Source: Spirochaetia bacterium (GTDB lineage Bacteria > Spirochaetota > Spirochaetia > SZUA-6 > Bin103). From it: DNA of 64,000 bases. How positions within the stretch are numbered: the first letter of the stretch is position 1; the number at the start of each line of letters is the position of its first letter. Shown one piece after another: positions 38,654 to 50,282 of this stretch. The translations under genes and the position numbers were made by a program. Location: contig OZ241907.1 in NCBI GenBank assembly GCA_965203515.1, forward strand, positions 2,304,001 through 2,368,000. The letters are read 5' to 3'. The notes below the pieces were generated by a model that saw nothing but the letters and a program-made list of their open reading frames with translations, ran no database searches and was not told the origin of the DNA.

Positions 38654-39037
38654 TCAGCCGGACGCTTCGTCGGTCTCGGCCGGCCGGTCGAGCAGTTCCA
38701 GGATCACCATCTCGCTGGCGTCCCCGTACCGCGGGCCGAGTTTGAGCACGCGCGTATAGCCGCCGGGCCGATCCTGGAAGCGCGGACCGAGCACGTTGAA
38801 CAGCTTGGCCAGCACCGCCGGATCGTGCAGCCGCCGCGCGACGATCCGCCGGCTGTGCACGCTGTCCTGCTTGGCCCGCGTGATCATCTTCTCCGCGGTC
38901 CGGCGCACGGCAAGCGCCTTGGCGCGCGTGGTTCGAATCCGTTCATGCCGGAACAGCGCCACGACCATGTTCGAGTGCAGCGCCTTGCGGTGGCTCGGCG
39001 TGCGGCCGAGCGGGTTATAGCCAACGCGGTGTCTCAT
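38654..39037 (-). CDS. rplQ: 50S ribosomal protein L17
   Basis: [15 protein letters not shown], ITTxAKA-like, RPGGYTR. Confidence 0.97.
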   Translation of the reverse strand: MRHRVGYNPLGRTPSHRKALHSNMVVALFRHERIRTTRAKALAVRRTAEKMITRAKQDSVHSRRIVARRLHDPAVLAKLFNVLGPRFQDRPGGYTRVLKLGPRYGDASEMVILELLDRPAETDEASG

Positions 39038-39074
39038 CTCCACACCTCCCGCAGCGTGCGGCCGTTCCCTTCGA

Positions 39075-40196
39075 TCACGGTTCGTCCATCCGTTCGTCGG
39101 ACGCGGCCTCTTCGCCGCTCATCACCTCCGCATCTGCCGGGACGCCATGCTCGAAGTCGAGCGCGTTGCCGCTGGCAAGGCGCTCGCGCACCGCGCTGTA
39201 GTCGTAATCGCTCATACCGAGATGCAGATCCCGCTCTTCCAACCTCTTCTTGATTTCATCCAGAGACTTGCGGCCGAAGTTGCGGGTCTTGGCGATCTCC
39301 TCCTCGGTCTTGCGGGTCAGATCGCCGATCGTGCGAATGTTCTCGTTCCTCAGACAGTTGCTCGACCGCACCGACAGCTCCAGCTCCTCGACGGGCGTGT
39401 CCAGCAATGCGCGCAGCCGTTCGTCCTCGACGTCCAGCTCCTCGTGGTCGACCTCGTCCTCTTCGAAGTTGATGAAGATCGTGTAGTGTTCCTTGGCGAT
39501 CTTGGCGGCCTCGGCAACCGCATCTTCCGGCTTCTTGGTGCCGTCGGTCCACACCTCGAGCACCAGCTTGTCGTAGTCGGTCCGCTGGCCGACGCGCGTG
39601 TTCTCGACCGTGTACTTCACGCGCTCGATCGGCGAGAACAGGGCGTCGATGGGGATGGTACCGACCACCTCGATGAACCGCTCGCTGTTTTCCGCCGGCA
39701 GATAGCCGCGCGAGAACTCGATCTCTACCTCGATCTCCAGATTCGCGTCGGCCATGAGCGTGGCGATCGGCAGGTCCGCGTTGGTTACCGAAATCGCCGA
39801 GTCCACGGCCAGATCGCCGGCGACCAGGACGCCGGGGCCGGACTTCTCCAGATAGATCGTCCGTTCCTCCACGCCTTCGTCCAGCGCCAACCTGACCTGC
39901 TTCAGAGCGTTGATGAGGTCCGGGGTGTCCTCCACGACGTGCGCGATCGGCTCGAACTCGCTCGACACGGTATGCGCCGTGCCGTCGGCGCCGCGGGAGG
40001 CGATACGCACGGCGGTGATCGCGTATCCCGGGATGCCCGAAAGCAGGATGCGCCGCAGGCTGTTGCCGATGGTAGCCCCGTAGCCCCGTTCGAACGGATG
40101 CGCGATGAACTTGCCGTAGGCAGCCTCCAGGTCGGTCTGCTGAACGACTATGCCCTTGGCGAGATTGAGCCCCTTCAAGAGGTTTCTGCGCGTCAT
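39075..40196 (-). CDS. rpoA: RNA polymerase alpha subunit
   Basis: [44 protein letters not shown]. Confidence 0.98.
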   Translation of the reverse strand: MTRRNLLKGLNLAKGIVVQQTDLEAAYGKFIAHPFERGYGATIGNSLRRILLSGIPGYAITAVRIASRGADGTAHTVSSEFEPIAHVVEDTPDLINALKQVRLALDEGVEERTIYLEKSGPGVLVAGDLAVDSAISVTNADLPIATLMADANLEIEVEIEFSRGYLPAENSERFIEVVGTIPIDALFSPIERVKYTVENTRVGQRTDYDKLVLEVWTDGTKKPEDAVAEAAKIAKEHYTIFINFEEDEVDHEELDVEDERLRALLDTPVEELELSVRSSNCLRNENIRTIGDLTRKTEEEIAKTRNFGRKSLDEIKKRLEERDLHLGMSDYDYSAVRERLASGNALDFEHGVPADAEVMSGEEAASDERMDEP

Positions 40197-40203
40197 CAGC
40201 CCC

Positions 40204-40839
40204 TCACTTGGAGTACAGCTCGACGATAAGCTGCTCGTTGACGCCGTCGAGATCGGGCACGTCGGCGCGCCGCGGCAGAGCGAGGACCTGGCCCCACATC
40301 GCATCCGGGTCTACTTTGAGCCACGGCAGCGTGCCGGAGCGCGAGTACTCCTTGAGGCTGTCCTTGACCGCCGTCATCGTCTTGCCGCGCTCGCGCAGCT
40401 CCAGGACGTCGCCCTTCCGCACCAGGTAGCTCGGTATGGTCACGCGCTTGCCGTTGACCATCACGTGACCGTGCGACACGAGCTGCCGCGCCTGTTTGCG
40501 TGAGCTGGCGAAGTGCATGCGGTACACGATGTTGTCGAGCCTTTGCTCCAACATGCGGATCAGGTTTTCGGCGGTCACGCCGCGCTGCCGGTTGGCGCGT
40601 TCGAAGAAGAGGCGAAACTGTTTCTCCAGCATTCCGTACATGCGCTTCACACGCTGCTTGCCGCGGAGCTGCATGCCGTAGTCCGACAGCTTCTGCGGGC
40701 GCTCCCGCGGCGCCTTGCCCGGCTTGCCGCGCCGCTTGGCGATCTGGCACTTGTCGGAATGGCAGCGCGATCCCTTGAGGAACAACTTGGCCCCTTCCGC
40801 CCGGCACAGCCGGCAGGCGGGTCCGAGGTAGCGAGCCAT
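40204..40839 (-). CDS. rpsD: 30S ribosomal protein S4 (Zn-binding type)
   Basis: MARYLGPACRLCR, LEQRLDN, ARQLVSHGH, IVELYSK. Confidence 0.98.
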   Translation of the reverse strand: MARYLGPACRLCRAEGAKLFLKGSRCHSDKCQIAKRRGKPGKAPRERPQKLSDYGMQLRGKQRVKRMYGMLEKQFRLFFERANRQRGVTAENLIRMLEQRLDNIVYRMHFASSRKQARQLVSHGHVMVNGKRVTIPSYLVRKGDVLELRERGKTMTAVKDSLKEYSRSGTLPWLKVDPDAMWGQVLALPRRADVPDLDGVNEQLIVELYSK

Positions 40840-40841
40840 GC

Positions 40842-41218
40842 CTACACCCGCCGTTTCTTCTGCGGCCGGCAACCGTTGTGTGGTATCGGCGTGACGTTGC
40901 GGATGGTACGCACCCGCAAGCCGAGCGCGCCGAGCGATCGCACGGCAGACTCGCCGCCTCCGCCGGGTCCCTTCACGAACACGTTGACCTCCATGAGACC
41001 GTAATCCATCGCTTTGCGCGCGGCGGTCTCCGCCGTGGTCTGCGCGCGAACGGCGTGGACTTCTTCGCTCCGCGGAACCCGAGAGAGCCGGCCGACGCCC
41101 ATGACACCGCGTTGCCCATCAGATCGGTGATGGTCACGATCGTGTTGTTGAAGGTCGCCTGGATGTAGACGTTCCCTTCGCTGACCGCTCGGTCCCGTTT
41201 GCCCTTCGATTTTGCCAT
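40842..41218 (-). CDS. rpsK: 30S ribosomal protein S11, apparent 1-nt deletion near 41045
   Basis: [16 protein letters not shown] in one frame and [21 protein letters not shown] in another; span 377 nt. Confidence 0.93.
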
Positions 41219-41242
41219 CTGTCGTTACTCGCAATCCTTCCG

Positions 41243-41623
41243 TTACTTGGCCGTTGGCGCTTTCTTCTTGCCCGCGACCGTCTTCTTGCTTCCCTTGCGC
41301 GCGCGCGCGTTGGTGCGCGTGCGCTGGCCGCGCACCGGCAGGCCGCGCCGGTGGCGTATGCCGCGGTAGCAGCCGATGTCCATCAGCCGCTTGATGTTGA
41401 GCGACGCATCCGTGCGCAGCGGCCCCTCGACCACGTAGTCGCTCTCGATCACGCGCCGCAGCTCGTTGACCTCTTCCGGTGCCAGGTCGTTCAGCATGCG
41501 GTCGGGATCGATCCCGGTCTTGTCGCAGATCGCGGCTGCGGAAGGAGCCCCGATCCCATAGATGTAGGTCAATCCGACGCACACGTGCTTGTTCGGCAGA
41601 TCGACCCCGGCGATCCTTGCCAT
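41243..41623 (-). CDS. rpsM: 30S ribosomal protein S13
   Basis: [30 protein letters not shown]. Confidence 0.98.
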   Translation of the reverse strand: MARIAGVDLPNKHVCVGLTYIYGIGAPSAAAICDKTGIDPDRMLNDLAPEEVNELRRVIESDYVVEGPLRTDASLNIKRLMDIGCYRGIRHRRGLPVRGQRTRTNARARKGSKKTVAGKKKAPTAK

Positions 41624-41627
41624 GTCG

Positions 41628-41741
41628 CTACCCCTGTCGCTGTTTGTGTTTCGGGTTATCGCAGATGACGCGGACGACACCGCGACGCCTGATGATCTTG
41701 CACTTCGCGCACATCTTCTTCACGCTGGCTCTGACCTTCAT
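41628..41741 (-). CDS. rpmJ: 50S ribosomal protein L36
   Basis: [37 protein letters not shown]. Confidence 0.98.
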   Translation of the reverse strand: MKVRASVKKMCAKCKIIRRRGVVRVICDNPKHKQRQG

Positions 41742-41764
41742 GACTCCTCTACCGGTTCCGGGGC

Positions 41765-43081
41765 CTACAGGTTGCGGGCCCGTACGCGGCCCTTGCGGAC
41801 GATACCGTCGTGATGATGCATCTTCAGATGCCCCTCGATCTGACTCATCGTATCCAGGTCCACGCCGACCATGATCAGCAGCGACGTACCCCCCATCAGG
41901 AAGGCGACGCTGGAAGGAAAGTTGAAGAGCGCCTGAATGATCGACGGAATGATGGCGATCACCGCCAGGAACAGCGCCCCCGGCAGGATGATCCGGTTCA
42001 GTATCCTGGTCAGGTACTCGGTCATGTTGTCCGAGCTGATGCCGCGGATCGAGCCGCCGTTCTCGCGAATCTGCTTGCTGATCTCCACCGGATTCAGGGT
42101 GACCTGCGTGTAGAAGTAGGCGAAGAACACGATCAGCAACGCGTAGAACAGCATGTACGGCACGCCGTTCGGCGTCAGCCAGGCCGCGAACCGCGAAAGC
42201 CACGGCACGCCGCCGCCGAGATTCTGGGCGATCTGCAAGGGAAAGATCAGGACCGAGGAGGCGAAGATCACCGGGATGACCCCCGACGGATTGATCTTGA
42301 ACGGCAGATAGGCGTTTTGCGCTCCGTACACCCTGCGGCCGATCACCCGCCGGGCGTAGTTGACCGGAATCCGCCGCTGGCCCTGCTGCTCGTAGATCAC
42401 CAGCGAGATCACGCCGACGAACGCGCCGAGCACGAGGACGAAGAAGACGGGATTCAGGTTGCCGCGCTGCACCTGATTGATCATCACGTAGATCGCGTCC
42501 GGTATGCGCGCGACGATGCCGGCGAAGATCAGCAGAGATATCCCGTTGCCGATGCCGCGCTGGGTGATCTGCTCGCCGAGCCACATCAGAAAGATCGTGC
42601 CGGCGGTCACGGTCATCATCGCCAACAGCGTGTACGGGATACGGCCCATGGTGATCGCCCCGGGGATCTGGTTGGCGTACTCGCTGACGGCGAACGACTG
42701 GATCAGGCACACGCCGACCGTGGCTATGCGGGTGTAGCGCTGGATGCGCTTGCGGCCGCCGTCCTGCTCGGAGATCTTCTTCAACTTCGGAAACACCAGG
42801 ACCAGCAGCTGCATCATGATCGACGTGGTGATGTACGGCACGATCCCCAGCATGAACACGGAGAAGTTGGAGAACGCTCCGCCGGAGAAGAAGTCGAAGT
42901 AATCGGTGATGCCGATGCCGCCGGACTGCTGCGCGGCGTAGTAGTTCTGCAAGGCGTTGACGTTGATGCCGGGAATCGGCAACACCGCGCCGATCCGGAA
43001 TATCACCAGGATCGCCACCGTGAACAGGATACGGTCGCGGAGGTCGCGAATGCGAAAGATGTCGAGGAGCGGATTTGCCAT
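41765..43081 (-). CDS. secY: preprotein translocase SecY
   Basis: [35 protein letters not shown]. Confidence 0.99.
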   Translation of the reverse strand: MANPLLDIFRIRDLRDRILFTVAILVIFRIGAVLPIPGINVNALQNYYAAQQSGGIGITDYFDFFSGGAFSNFSVFMLGIVPYITTSIMMQLLVLVFPKLKKISEQDGGRKRIQRYTRIATVGVCLIQSFAVSEYANQIPGAITMGRIPYTLLAMMTVTAGTIFLMWLGEQITQRGIGNGISLLIFAGIVARIPDAIYVMINQVQRGNLNPVFFVLVLGAFVGVISLVIYEQQGQRRIPVNYARRVIGRRVYGAQNAYLPFKINPSGVIPVIFASSVLIFPLQIAQNLGGGVPWLSRFAAWLTPNGVPYMLFYALLIVFFAYFYTQVTLNPVEISKQIRENGGSIRGISSDNMTEYLTRILNRIILPGALFLAVIAIIPSIIQALFNFPSSVAFLMGGTSLLIMVGVDLDTMSQIEGHLKMHHHDGIVRKGRVRARNL

Positions 43082-43590
43082 CAGCCCTGCTCGCCGTCCG
43101 CCGGCGCGTCCGCGGCCGGCCCGTCGTCGATCGCCTGAAACGAACCGCCGGCGGCCGCCACCTTCTGCCGGGCGCCGGCGGATGCGCGATCGAGTCGTAC
43201 GGTCAACGCCCGTTCCAGGCTCCCGGAGCCGAGCAGCTTCACCGGCACCCCGGCCGACCTGATCACGCCGGCGTCGAGGAGCGCCTGCCGGTCGACGGTA
43301 GCGCCGTCCGCAAAGCGATTGAGGGCGCGCACGTCGAGCGTCTGGTACACCGTGCGGAACGGATGATTGCTGAAGCCGCGGCGCGCGATCCGCCGGTACA
43401 ACGGCATCTGACCGCCTTCGAAGGCGGGACGAACGCCGCTCCCCGCGCGCGCCCGCTGGCCCTTGGTGCCGCGGCCGGAGGTACCGCCGCGCCTGCCGGA
43501 CGCGCCGCGGCCTACGACCCGCCGCTTGCGCGCGGCGCCGGCCGGGCGGCGTATGCGCGGCGCGCCGGCGCCACCGTCTGCGTCGCTCAT
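43081..43590 (-). CDS. rplO: 50S ribosomal protein L15
   Basis: [24 protein letters not shown]. Confidence 0.96.
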   Translation of the reverse strand: MSDADGGAGAPRIRRPAGAARKRRVVGRGASGRRGGTSGRGTKGQRARAGSGVRPAFEGGQMPLYRRIARRGFSNHPFRTVYQTLDVRALNRFADGATVDRQALLDAGVIRSAGVPVKLLGSGSLERALTVRLDRASAGARQKVAAAGGSFQAIDDGPAADAPADGEQG

Positions 43591-43802
43591 GACAGCTGCT
43601 CGATGGTCAGGAGGTAGCGCACCTGGCGGATCATGCCGACGACCGGCGCCGAGGCGGTATGCTCGACGGACGAACCGATGCCGCGCAGGCCAAGCGCCGC
43701 CACCGTCGCCCGGTGCCGGGGTTTGCGCCCGATGACGCTTCGGGCAAGCGTCACGCGCACGCGCGCGCCGTCCGGCAGCCGCAGCGGGCCGTCGGCGTCC
43801 AT
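43587..43802 (-). CDS. rpmD: 50S ribosomal protein L30
   Basis: VTLARSVIG..ATVAALGL..GMIRQV. Alternative GTG start at 43811. Confidence 0.93.
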   Translation of the reverse strand: MDADGPLRLPDGARVRVTLARSVIGRKPRHRATVAALGLRGIGSSVEHTASAPVVGMIRQVRYLLTIEQLS

Positions 43803-43810
43803 GGCAGCCA

Positions 43811-44317
43811 CTAGCGCCACAGCTCCGCCACGGTCTTTCCACGACGGGCCGCCACCTCGGACGCCTCCATGATCTGATCCAGTCCCTGAAACACCGCCTT
43901 CACCACATTCATCGAGTTCTGCGATCCCAGCGACTTGCTGAGCGCGTCGCGCACGCCGGCCGCCTCCAGCACGGCCCGCACAGGACCGCCGGCGATCACC
44001 CCGGTGCCGGGAGCCGCCGGCTTCAGCAGTACCTTCGCACCCTTGAACGCGCCGTTGACCTGGTGCGGCAGCGTGCCGGCCCGCATCGGTACCTTCACCA
44101 TGTTGCGGTACGCCCGTTCCGCGCCCTTGCGGATCGCGTCGGCGACGTACGCCGCCTTGCCGAAACCATAGCCGACGTGGCCGTTGCGGTCACCGACCAC
44201 CATCACCGCAGAAAACGAGAATCTGCGGCCACCCTTGACTACCTTGGCGATACGATTGAGCCGAACGAGTTTCTCGAAGTCACCTCGATCGCCGCGTTCC
44301 CGGTCTCTGTCGCTCAC
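43811..44317 (-). CDS. rpsE: 30S ribosomal protein S5
   Basis: [23 protein letters not shown]. Confidence 0.98.
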   Translation of the reverse strand: MSDRDRERGDRGDFEKLVRLNRIAKVVKGGRRFSFSAVMVVGDRNGHVGYGFGKAAYVADAIRKGAERAYRNMVKVPMRAGTLPHQVNGAFKGAKVLLKPAAPGTGVIAGGPVRAVLEAAGVRDALSKSLGSQNSMNVVKAVFQGLDQIMEASEVAARRGKTVAELWR

Positions 44318-44335
44318 CTCTGCTCCCTCGAAACC

Positions 44336-44689
44336 TTACAGGACGATGCCGGACTTGCGCGCGCCGTCCGCTATCGCCTTGACCTTGCCATGATACGGGT
44401 AGCCGTTGCGGTCGAACACGACCCGATCTACCCCGGCGGCGCGCAACCGTTCTCCCGCCAGCTCACCGAGACGGCCCAGGTCACTCGCCCGGTTGGGTAC
44501 GTCGACCGCGGGCTCGCGATTCGAGACCGCCGCCACGGTGCGCCCGTCGTCGTCGTCGATCACCTGCACGTACGTGTACCGATTGCTCTTGAACACCGTC
44601 ATTCGCGGCCGCGACGCGGTGCCGTGCACCTTGCCGCGGATGCTCCGCTTGCGGCGGAGACGGCGCGCGATCTTGGCCAGCGCCCCCAT
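44336..44689 (-). CDS. rplR: 50S ribosomal protein L18
   Basis: RPRMTVFKSN, VVFDRNGYPYHGKV. Confidence 0.97.
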   Translation of the reverse strand: MGALAKIARRLRRKRSIRGKVHGTASRPRMTVFKSNRYTYVQVIDDDDGRTVAAVSNREPAVDVPNRASDLGRLGELAGERLRAAGVDRVVFDRNGYPYHGKVKAIADGARKSGIVL

Positions 44690-45237
44690 CAGTTGCCACC
44701 TCCCACGGCGGACTTGCCTACCTTGCGCCGCACGTGCTCATCGGCGTAGCGGATGCCCTTGCCCTTGTATGGTTCCGGGGACCGCACCGATCGCACGTCC
44801 GCGGCGAACTGTCCGACGCTCTGCTTGTCGATCCCGGAGATGCGGATGCGGTTGCCGCCATCCACCTGGACCGTGAGGTCCGCCGGTATCCGCATCCGCA
44901 CCGGTTTGGAATAGCGCGCGTCGACGACCAGGGTCGCGTCCTGAACCTCGGCGCGGTACCCGACGCCGCTGATCAACAGCTCGCGCGTGAATCCAACCGA
45001 AACCCCGGTGATCATATTGGCGATCAGGTTGCGGGTCAGTCCGTGCATCGCGCGCGATGCACGTTCGTCGTCGGTGCGGCTGACGGCGACCGCTCCGGCT
45101 GCGACCTCGACCCGGACGGCGGCGGCCAACGGCGTGCTCAGCGTTCCCTTGGGGCCGGCTACCTCCACCTGGCTGCCGCGAATCGCCACGTCGACTCCAG
45201 CCGGCACCGGTATCGGCAGCACCCCGATTCGTGACAT
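44689..45237 (-). CDS. rplF: 50S ribosomal protein L6
   Basis: MSRIG, GPKG, PEPYKGKGIRY. Confidence 0.98.
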   Translation of the reverse strand: MSRIGVLPIPVPAGVDVAIRGSQVEVAGPKGTLSTPLAAAVRVEVAAGAVAVSRTDDERASRAMHGLTRNLIANMITGVSVGFTRELLISGVGYRAEVQDATLVVDARYSKPVRMRIPADLTVQVDGGNRIRISGIDKQSVGQFAADVRSVRSPEPYKGKGIRYADEHVRRKVGKSAVGGGN

Positions 45238-45241
45238 CCGC

Positions 45242-45640
45242 CTACCACACGCAGCAGATCAACTCGCCGCCGATCTGCTGCTGAGCCGCCTTGCGGCCGG
45301 TGATCACGCCGGCCGAGGTCGACACGATCAAGGTCCCGTAGCCGTTCAGGACACGCGGCATGGCGCGATAGCTCCGGTATACGCGACGGCCCGGCTTGGA
45401 AATCCGCTCCAGGCCCCGGATCACCGGCCTGCGCTCCTGGTCGTACTTGAGAAACAATCGCACCGGTCCCTGTCCGTCCTGGCCCACGCGCTTGAAATTA
45501 CGCACATAGCCCTCGGTCTTCAACGTCTTGATGATCTCCAGCTTGAACTTCGACGGCACGATGTCCACGCTCTCATGGCCGGCCATGCCGGCGTTGCGGA
45601 TCTTGGTCATCATGTCCGCTACCGGATCCGTCACACTCAT
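45242..45640 (-). CDS. rpsH: 30S ribosomal protein S8
   Basis: [25 protein letters not shown]. Confidence 0.98.
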   Translation of the reverse strand: MSVTDPVADMMTKIRNAGMAGHESVDIVPSKFKLEIIKTLKTEGYVRNFKRVGQDGQGPVRLFLKYDQERRPVIRGLERISKPGRRVYRSYRAMPRVLNGYGTLIVSTSAGVITGRKAAQQQIGGELICCVW

Positions 45641-45644
45641 ATGC

Positions 45645-45830
45645 TCACCAGCTCGACTTGGTCACGCCGGGTATCAGCCCCCGGCTGGCGAGGTCCCGGA
45701 AGCATATCCGGCAGAGCTCGAAGCGACGCAGGTACCCGCGCGGCCGCCCGCAACAGCGGCACCGGTTGACCTTGCGCGTCGAATACTTGGGTTTGCGCTG
45801 CGAGCGCACGATCAGGGCTTTGCGTGCCAC
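45645..45830 (-). CDS. rpsN: 30S ribosomal protein S14 type Z
   Basis: 61 aa; [23 protein letters not shown]. Confidence 0.97.
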   Translation of the reverse strand: MARKALIVRSQRKPKYSTRKVNRCRCCGRPRGYLRRFELCRICFRDLASRGLIPGVTKSSW

Positions 45831-45879
45831 CTACACCTCCATCGTCCGGGCCGCCGCCGTCATCACCATCTCCCGCCCG

Positions 45880-46476
45880 TCATTCGCTGCGAAACGGCAT
45901 TCCCAGCGCGCCCAGCAGGCTCCGGCCCTCCCGGTCGGTGCCTGCCGACGTCACGATGGTGACGTTGAGTCCGTGGATCGAATCGATCCGATCGTAATCG
46001 ATCTCCGAGAAGATGATCTGCTCGTCGACGCCGACCGAGTAGTTGCCCCTGCCGTCGAACGAGTTGGGGGACAATCCGCGAAAGTCCTTGATACGGGGCA
46101 CCGCCACGTTCACGAAGCGGTCGAAGAACTCCAGCATGCGGTCGCCGCGCAGCGTCACCATCGCGCCGATCTCCATGCCGGCTCGGATCTTGAAGGCGGC
46201 GATCGAGCGCCGCGCCCGCGTGGTCACCGCCCGCTGGCCGGCGATCAGCGTCAGCTCGTCGACCGCAGTATCGAGGAGCTGCCGGTTGCCGGGCGCGTCT
46301 CCAACCCCCATGCTGAGCAGTATCTTGGTGAGACCGGGCACCTGCATGACGCTCTCGTAGCCGAACTCCTCGACCAACGCGGGTACGACCGTGTCCCGGT
46401 ACAGCGCGCGCAGGCGCGGCGCGTAGCCCGGGTCGGCGCCGTTGCCCGTACCGCCGGCGGCCTTGCTCATGCTCAC
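45880..46476 (-). CDS. rplE: 50S ribosomal protein L5
   Basis: [28 protein letters not shown]. Confidence 0.98.
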   Translation of the reverse strand: MSMSKAAGGTGNGADPGYAPRLRALYRDTVVPALVEEFGYESVMQVPGLTKILLSMGVGDAPGNRQLLDTAVDELTLIAGQRAVTTRARRSIAAFKIRAGMEIGAMVTLRGDRMLEFFDRFVNVAVPRIKDFRGLSPNSFDGRGNYSVGVDEQIIFSEIDYDRIDSIHGLNVTIVTSAGTDREGRSLLGALGMPFRSE

Positions 46477-46814
46477 AGCTCCTGGCCGGTGCGCGCAGCG
46501 ATACGGCGCTTGTTGCCGTCAGCGGCCACGTCATAGCGAATCCTCGAGCGCCCTTCCGGCGTGCTCAGCATCACGTTCGACAGGTGGATCGGCGCCTCGA
46601 TCTCGCTGATCCCTCCCTGCTGGCGCTGTTGGGTGGGCCGGATCGCCTTCTTCGCCAGATTGAGTCCTTCCACGACCACCCACTGCTGGTCGACGTCGAT
46701 GCGCAGCACGCGGCCGGTCTTGCCGCGCTCCTTGCCGGCTATGACCACCACCTGATCGTCGCGGCGCAACCGTACCCGCCTCTGCGCGATTCCGGCTCGG
46801 CCCTTTGCGGCCAT
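46473..46814 (-). CDS. rplX: 50S ribosomal protein L24
   Basis: [24 protein letters not shown]. Confidence 0.97.
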   Translation of the reverse strand: MAAKGRAGIAQRRVRLRRDDQVVVIAGKERGKTGRVLRIDVDQQWVVVEGLNLAKKAIRPTQQRQQGGISEIEAPIHLSNVMLSTPEGRSRIRYDVAADGNKRRIAARTGQEL

Positions 46815-46816
46815 CG

Positions 46817-47185
46817 CTACAGCACCTCCGGGGCGAGGGAGACGATCTTCATGTAATCGCGATCGCGCAGCTCCCGCGCCACCGGTCCGAAGATGCGCTT
46901 GCCGGACGGATTGCCGGCATCATCGATCAGAACGCAGGCGTTGTCGTCGAATCGAATGTAGCTGCCGTCCACGCGGCGCGTCTCCTTGCGCGTTCGCACG
47001 ATCACCGCCTGAGCGACCGTCCCCTTGCGGACCGCCGCGGAGGGTACCGCGGTCTTGACCGCGACGACGATCCGATCGCCGACGCCGGCGCTCACGTGAC
47101 GGGTGCCGCCGAGCACCTTGATGCACTGCACGCGCTTGGCGCCGCTGTTGTCGGCGACGTTGAGATAGCTCATGGCCTGTACCAT
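46817..47185 (-). CDS. rplN: 50S ribosomal protein L14
   Basis: [30 protein letters not shown]. Confidence 0.98.
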   Translation of the reverse strand: MVQAMSYLNVADNSGAKRVQCIKVLGGTRHVSAGVGDRIVVAVKTAVPSAAVRKGTVAQAVIVRTRKETRRVDGSYIRFDDNACVLIDDAGNPSGKRIFGPVARELRDRDYMKIVSLAPEVL

Positions 47186-47442
47186 CAACCGCTCCGTTCC
47201 ACTATTTCGAGCAGCCGCCACCGTTTGTCGCGGCTCAGCGGCCGCGACTCCACCACCCGGACACGGTCGCCGACACGGCACTCGTTGCCGCCGTCATGCG
47301 CCTTCACGCGCTTCGACCTGCGGATGTACTTCTCGTACATCGGATGCCGCTTCTGCGAGCTGATCAGCACGACGATGGTCTTGTCCATGCGGTCGGAAAC
47401 GACCGTGCCGGCCAGCACCCGGAGACGTCCCGTGCCGCTCAT
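47185..47442 (-). CDS. rpsQ: 30S ribosomal protein S17
   Basis: [21 protein letters not shown]. Confidence 0.97.
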   Translation of the reverse strand: MSGTGRLRVLAGTVVSDRMDKTIVVLISSQKRHPMYEKYIRRSKRVKAHDGGNECRVGDRVRVVESRPLSRDKRWRLLEIVERSG

Positions 47443-47639
47443 CGTTGCCGGATGCCCAAGTCGTATTCGTGCACGATCGTCTTGGCCCGCGCCAGCCGGC
47501 GCCGCAGCACGCGGACGCTGACCGGGTTGTCCAGGTGACCGACCACCGCGTCGAACCGCGCCTTGCGATATGCCGCCACCAGCTCGTCATGCTTCAGGAG
47601 CAGCTCCGGGTAGGCCAGTTCGCCATATCGTTCTTTCAC
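47439..47639 (-). CDS. rpmC: 50S ribosomal protein L29
   Basis: [20 protein letters not shown]; lies between rplP and rpsQ; GTG start. Confidence 0.92.
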   Translation of the reverse strand: MKERYGELAYPELLLKHDELVAAYRKARFDAVVGHLDNPVSVRVLRRRLARAKTIVHEYDLGIRQR

Positions 47640-48067
47640 GACTGCACCCCCAACAGACCGCCGCGGGCGCAGATCGTGGTCTTGATCGGCAGCTTGCTGC
47701 CGGCCAGGGTGAGCGCCTCCCGCGCCAGTCCGTCTTCCACGCCGGCCAACTCGAACATCACCGTACCGCGGCGCACGGGCGCGACGTGGTATTCGACGTT
47801 GCCCTTGCCCTTTCCCATACGGGTCTCGGCCGGCTTCTTGGTGTACGGCATATGCGGAAATATCCTGATCCACACCTTGCCGCCGCGCTTCACGTGGCGC
47901 GTCATCGCCACGCGGGCGGCTTCGATCTGCCGATTGGTGATCCACTTGTGTTCCAGGGAGACCAGCCCGAAATCGCCGAACGCCAAGTCCTGCTGGCGTT
48001 CGCCGCCGCGCCGCAGCGGTCCGCCGCGCTGGCGCTTGCGAAACTTCTCCCGCTTCGGAGCAAGCAT
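47636..48067 (-). CDS. rplP: 50S ribosomal protein L16
   Basis: QIEAAR, WIRIFP, RMGKGKG, KLP. Confidence 0.98.
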   Translation of the reverse strand: MLAPKREKFRKRQRGGPLRRGGERQQDLAFGDFGLVSLEHKWITNRQIEAARVAMTRHVKRGGKVWIRIFPHMPYTKKPAETRMGKGKGNVEYHVAPVRRGTVMFELAGVEDGLAREALTLAGSKLPIKTTICARGGLLGVQS

Positions 48068-48070
48068 CGT

Positions 48071-48769
48071 TCAGGCCGCCTCCTCGCGGCTGCGCTGCCG
48101 CTTCAGCAGCAGACCCGCGTCATCCTTCTTGTCGCGGCCGAACACCTCGCCGTGAAAGACCCACACCTTGATGCCCAGCGAGCCGACCGCAGTGACCGCC
48201 ACGGCAAAGCCGTACTCGATATCGGCGCGAAAGGTATGGAGCGGAATGCGGCCCTCCTTGTACTGCTGGACGCGCGACATCTCCGCGCCGTTGAGGCGCC
48301 CGCCGGCGCGGATCTTGATGCCCTGCACGCCGGCCCGCATCGCGTTGTTGATCGCCATCTTCATGGCCCGCCGGAACGAAATGCGGCCGCGGAGCTGGCG
48401 CGCGATGTTCATGGCGATCAACTGCGCGTTGGTCTCCGGCCGCGGTATCTCCTTGATCTTGATCTGGATCTTCTTGCCGACCTGGCGCTGCAGCTTGGCG
48501 CCCAGCCGCTCGATGTTCTGACCCTTGGCGCCGATCACCACGCCGGGACGACCGGTGTGGATGATGAGAGCGATGCGCTGCGGATGCCGGATGATCTCCA
48601 CCTGAGCGATGTCGGCGCCGCGCGTCTCCGGCGCCGAGTCGATCGTCTTGCGCAGCGCCAAGTCCTCGTGCAGCGTCGCCGCGTATTCGCGCGGGTCGAC
48701 GTACCACTTGCTGCGCCACGACTGATTGATCCCCATGCGCAGCCCGGTCGGGTTGACCTTCTGTCCCAT
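48071..48769 (-). CDS. rpsC: 30S ribosomal protein S3
   Basis: MGQKVNP, RPGVVIG, GRLNGAE, PLHT. Confidence 0.98.
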   Translation of the reverse strand: MGQKVNPTGLRMGINQSWRSKWYVDPREYAATLHEDLALRKTIDSAPETRGADIAQVEIIRHPQRIALIIHTGRPGVVIGAKGQNIERLGAKLQRQVGKKIQIKIKEIPRPETNAQLIAMNIARQLRGRISFRRAMKMAINNAMRAGVQGIKIRAGGRLNGAEMSRVQQYKEGRIPLHTFRADIEYGFAVAVTAVGSLGIKVWVFHGEVFGRDKKDDAGLLLKRQRSREEAA

Positions 48770-48771
48770 GC

Positions 48772-49128
48772 TTAGTTCATCTCCTCCACCGCGACCGAGA
48801 TATGACAGAGCCGGCCCACCAGGCGATCGGCTCTGCCGCGCCCGCGCACCCAGACGCGGTGCTTCAATCGCGGACCGTCGAACACCTGCAGCTCGCGCAC
48901 GTACAGCATCTCCTCATCGAGGTTTTCGTTGTGAGACAGCGCGTTGTCGCCGGCCGACTTGATCGTCTTGCGCAGCAGCGCTGCGCCCTTGTGCGGCATC
49001 GTCTCCAGCAATGCCAGCGCCTCCGCATACGGCTGGCGGCGAACCAGATCGGCGATCGGACGTATCTTGCCGGGCGAGATGCGCAGGAACCGGCTGTGCG
49101 CGGTGTAGCCGCGCTTTCCGCGGACCAT
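48772..49128 (-). CDS. rplV: 50S ribosomal protein L22
   Basis: RISPGKIR, GP..RGRA, HISV. Confidence 0.96.
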   Translation of the reverse strand: MVRGKRGYTAHSRFLRISPGKIRPIADLVRRQPYAEALALLETMPHKGAALLRKTIKSAGDNALSHNENLDEEMLYVRELQVFDGPRLKHRVWVRGRGRADRLVGRLCHISVAVEEMN

Positions 49129-49409
49129 CAGCGCCGCACCGCCTTGCGATCCGATCCGGCGTGCCCGCGAAACATGCGGGTCGGGGCGAACTCGCCGAGT
49201 TTGTGCCCCACCAGGTTCTCCGTGACGTAGACCGGAATCCAGTTCTTGCCGTTGTACACCGAGATGGTCATGCCGACCATCTGCGGAATGATGGTCGAGC
49301 ACCGCGAATAGGTCTTCACCATCTGCTTGCCGGACGACTTGGACGCCTCGATCACCCGCTTGAACAGGTCGGGCGACACGAACGGCCCTTTCTTGATCGA
49401 TCGCGACAT
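49128..49409 (-). CDS. rpsS: 30S ribosomal protein S19
   Basis: [21 protein letters not shown]. Confidence 0.98.
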   Translation of the reverse strand: MSRSIKKGPFVSPDLFKRVIEASKSSGKQMVKTYSRCSTIIPQMVGMTISVYNGKNWIPVYVTENLVGHKLGEFAPTRMFRGHAGSDRKAVRR

Positions 49410-49463
49410 ACCTTACCTCGTCACCATGTCATCACGCCCCTGCGCCGTCACGTCCGCGCGCCA

Positions 49464-50282
49464 TCAACGTTTGCCGACGATGAAGTCGCCCGATCGCTTG
49501 CGTTTGTTGCGCGTCTTCATACCCTTCGTCAGCTTGCCCCAGGGCGATACCGGATGGCGTCCGCCGGTAGCCTTGCCTTCACCGCCGCCGTGCGGGTGGT
49601 CGACCGGGTTCATGGCCACGCCGCGGACCTTGGGCCGCCGGCCCATCCAACGGGCCCGGCCCGCCTTGCCGAGCGACACGTTCATGTGATCCGGATTGCC
49701 GATCTCCCCGATGGAGGCCATACAGCGGACGTGGACGAGGCGCGTCTCCCCGGACGGAAGCCGTACGGTCGCGTACTCACCCTCGCGAGCGACCAGCGTA
49801 GCGCTGTTGCCGGCGGCGCGCACCAATTGACCGCCGCGCCCCGGCGTCAACTCCACGTTATGGACGGCGATGCCGAGCGGCAGTTCGCCGAGCGGCAAGG
49901 CGTTCCCGATCTCGATCGGCGAGCCGGGGCCGCTCTGCACCGTGGCGCCGACTCGCAGGCCGCGCGGCGCCAACAGGTAGCGCTTGTCCCCGTCGGCGAA
50001 CACCACCATCGCCAAGTCGGCGCTGCGGTTGGGATCGTACTGGATCGAATCGACCCGGCCGGGGACGCCGTGGTTGTCCCGCTTGAAGTCGACCACGCGA
50101 TACCGGCGCTTGTGGCGCCCTCCCTTGCGGCGAACGCTGATGCGCCCCTTGGAGCGTCCCGCCCGATACGGCCGTGCTTCGGTGAGGCGCTTCTCCGGCG
50201 CCTCGTCGCTCAGCTCGGAGAAATCGCGGACGGTCGTATAGCGCGATGACGGCGTGGTCGGCTTGCGCGTGCGGACCGGCAT
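49464..50282 (-). CDS. rplB: 50S ribosomal protein L2
   Basis: YDPNRSA, GKAG, MNPVDHPHGGGEG. Confidence 0.98.
   Translation of the reverse strand: MPVRTRKPTTPSSRYTTVRDFSELSDEAPEKRLTEARPYRAGRSKGRISVRRKGGRHKRRYRVVDFKRDNHGVPGRVDSIQYDPNRSADLAMVVFADGDKRYLLAPRGLRVGATVQSGPGSPIEIGNALPLGELPLGIAVHNVELTPGRGGQLVRAAGNSATLVAREGEYATVRLPSGETRLVHVRCMASIGEIGNPDHMNVSLGKAGRARWMGRRPKVRGVAMNPVDHPHGGGEGKATGGRHPVSPWGKLTKGMKTRNKRKRSGDFIVGKR

Noticed and set aside
49410..49466. Read-through of the rplB TGA into a 16-codon open extension
   Set aside because: L2 is already full length, and short open frames are expected at this GC content.
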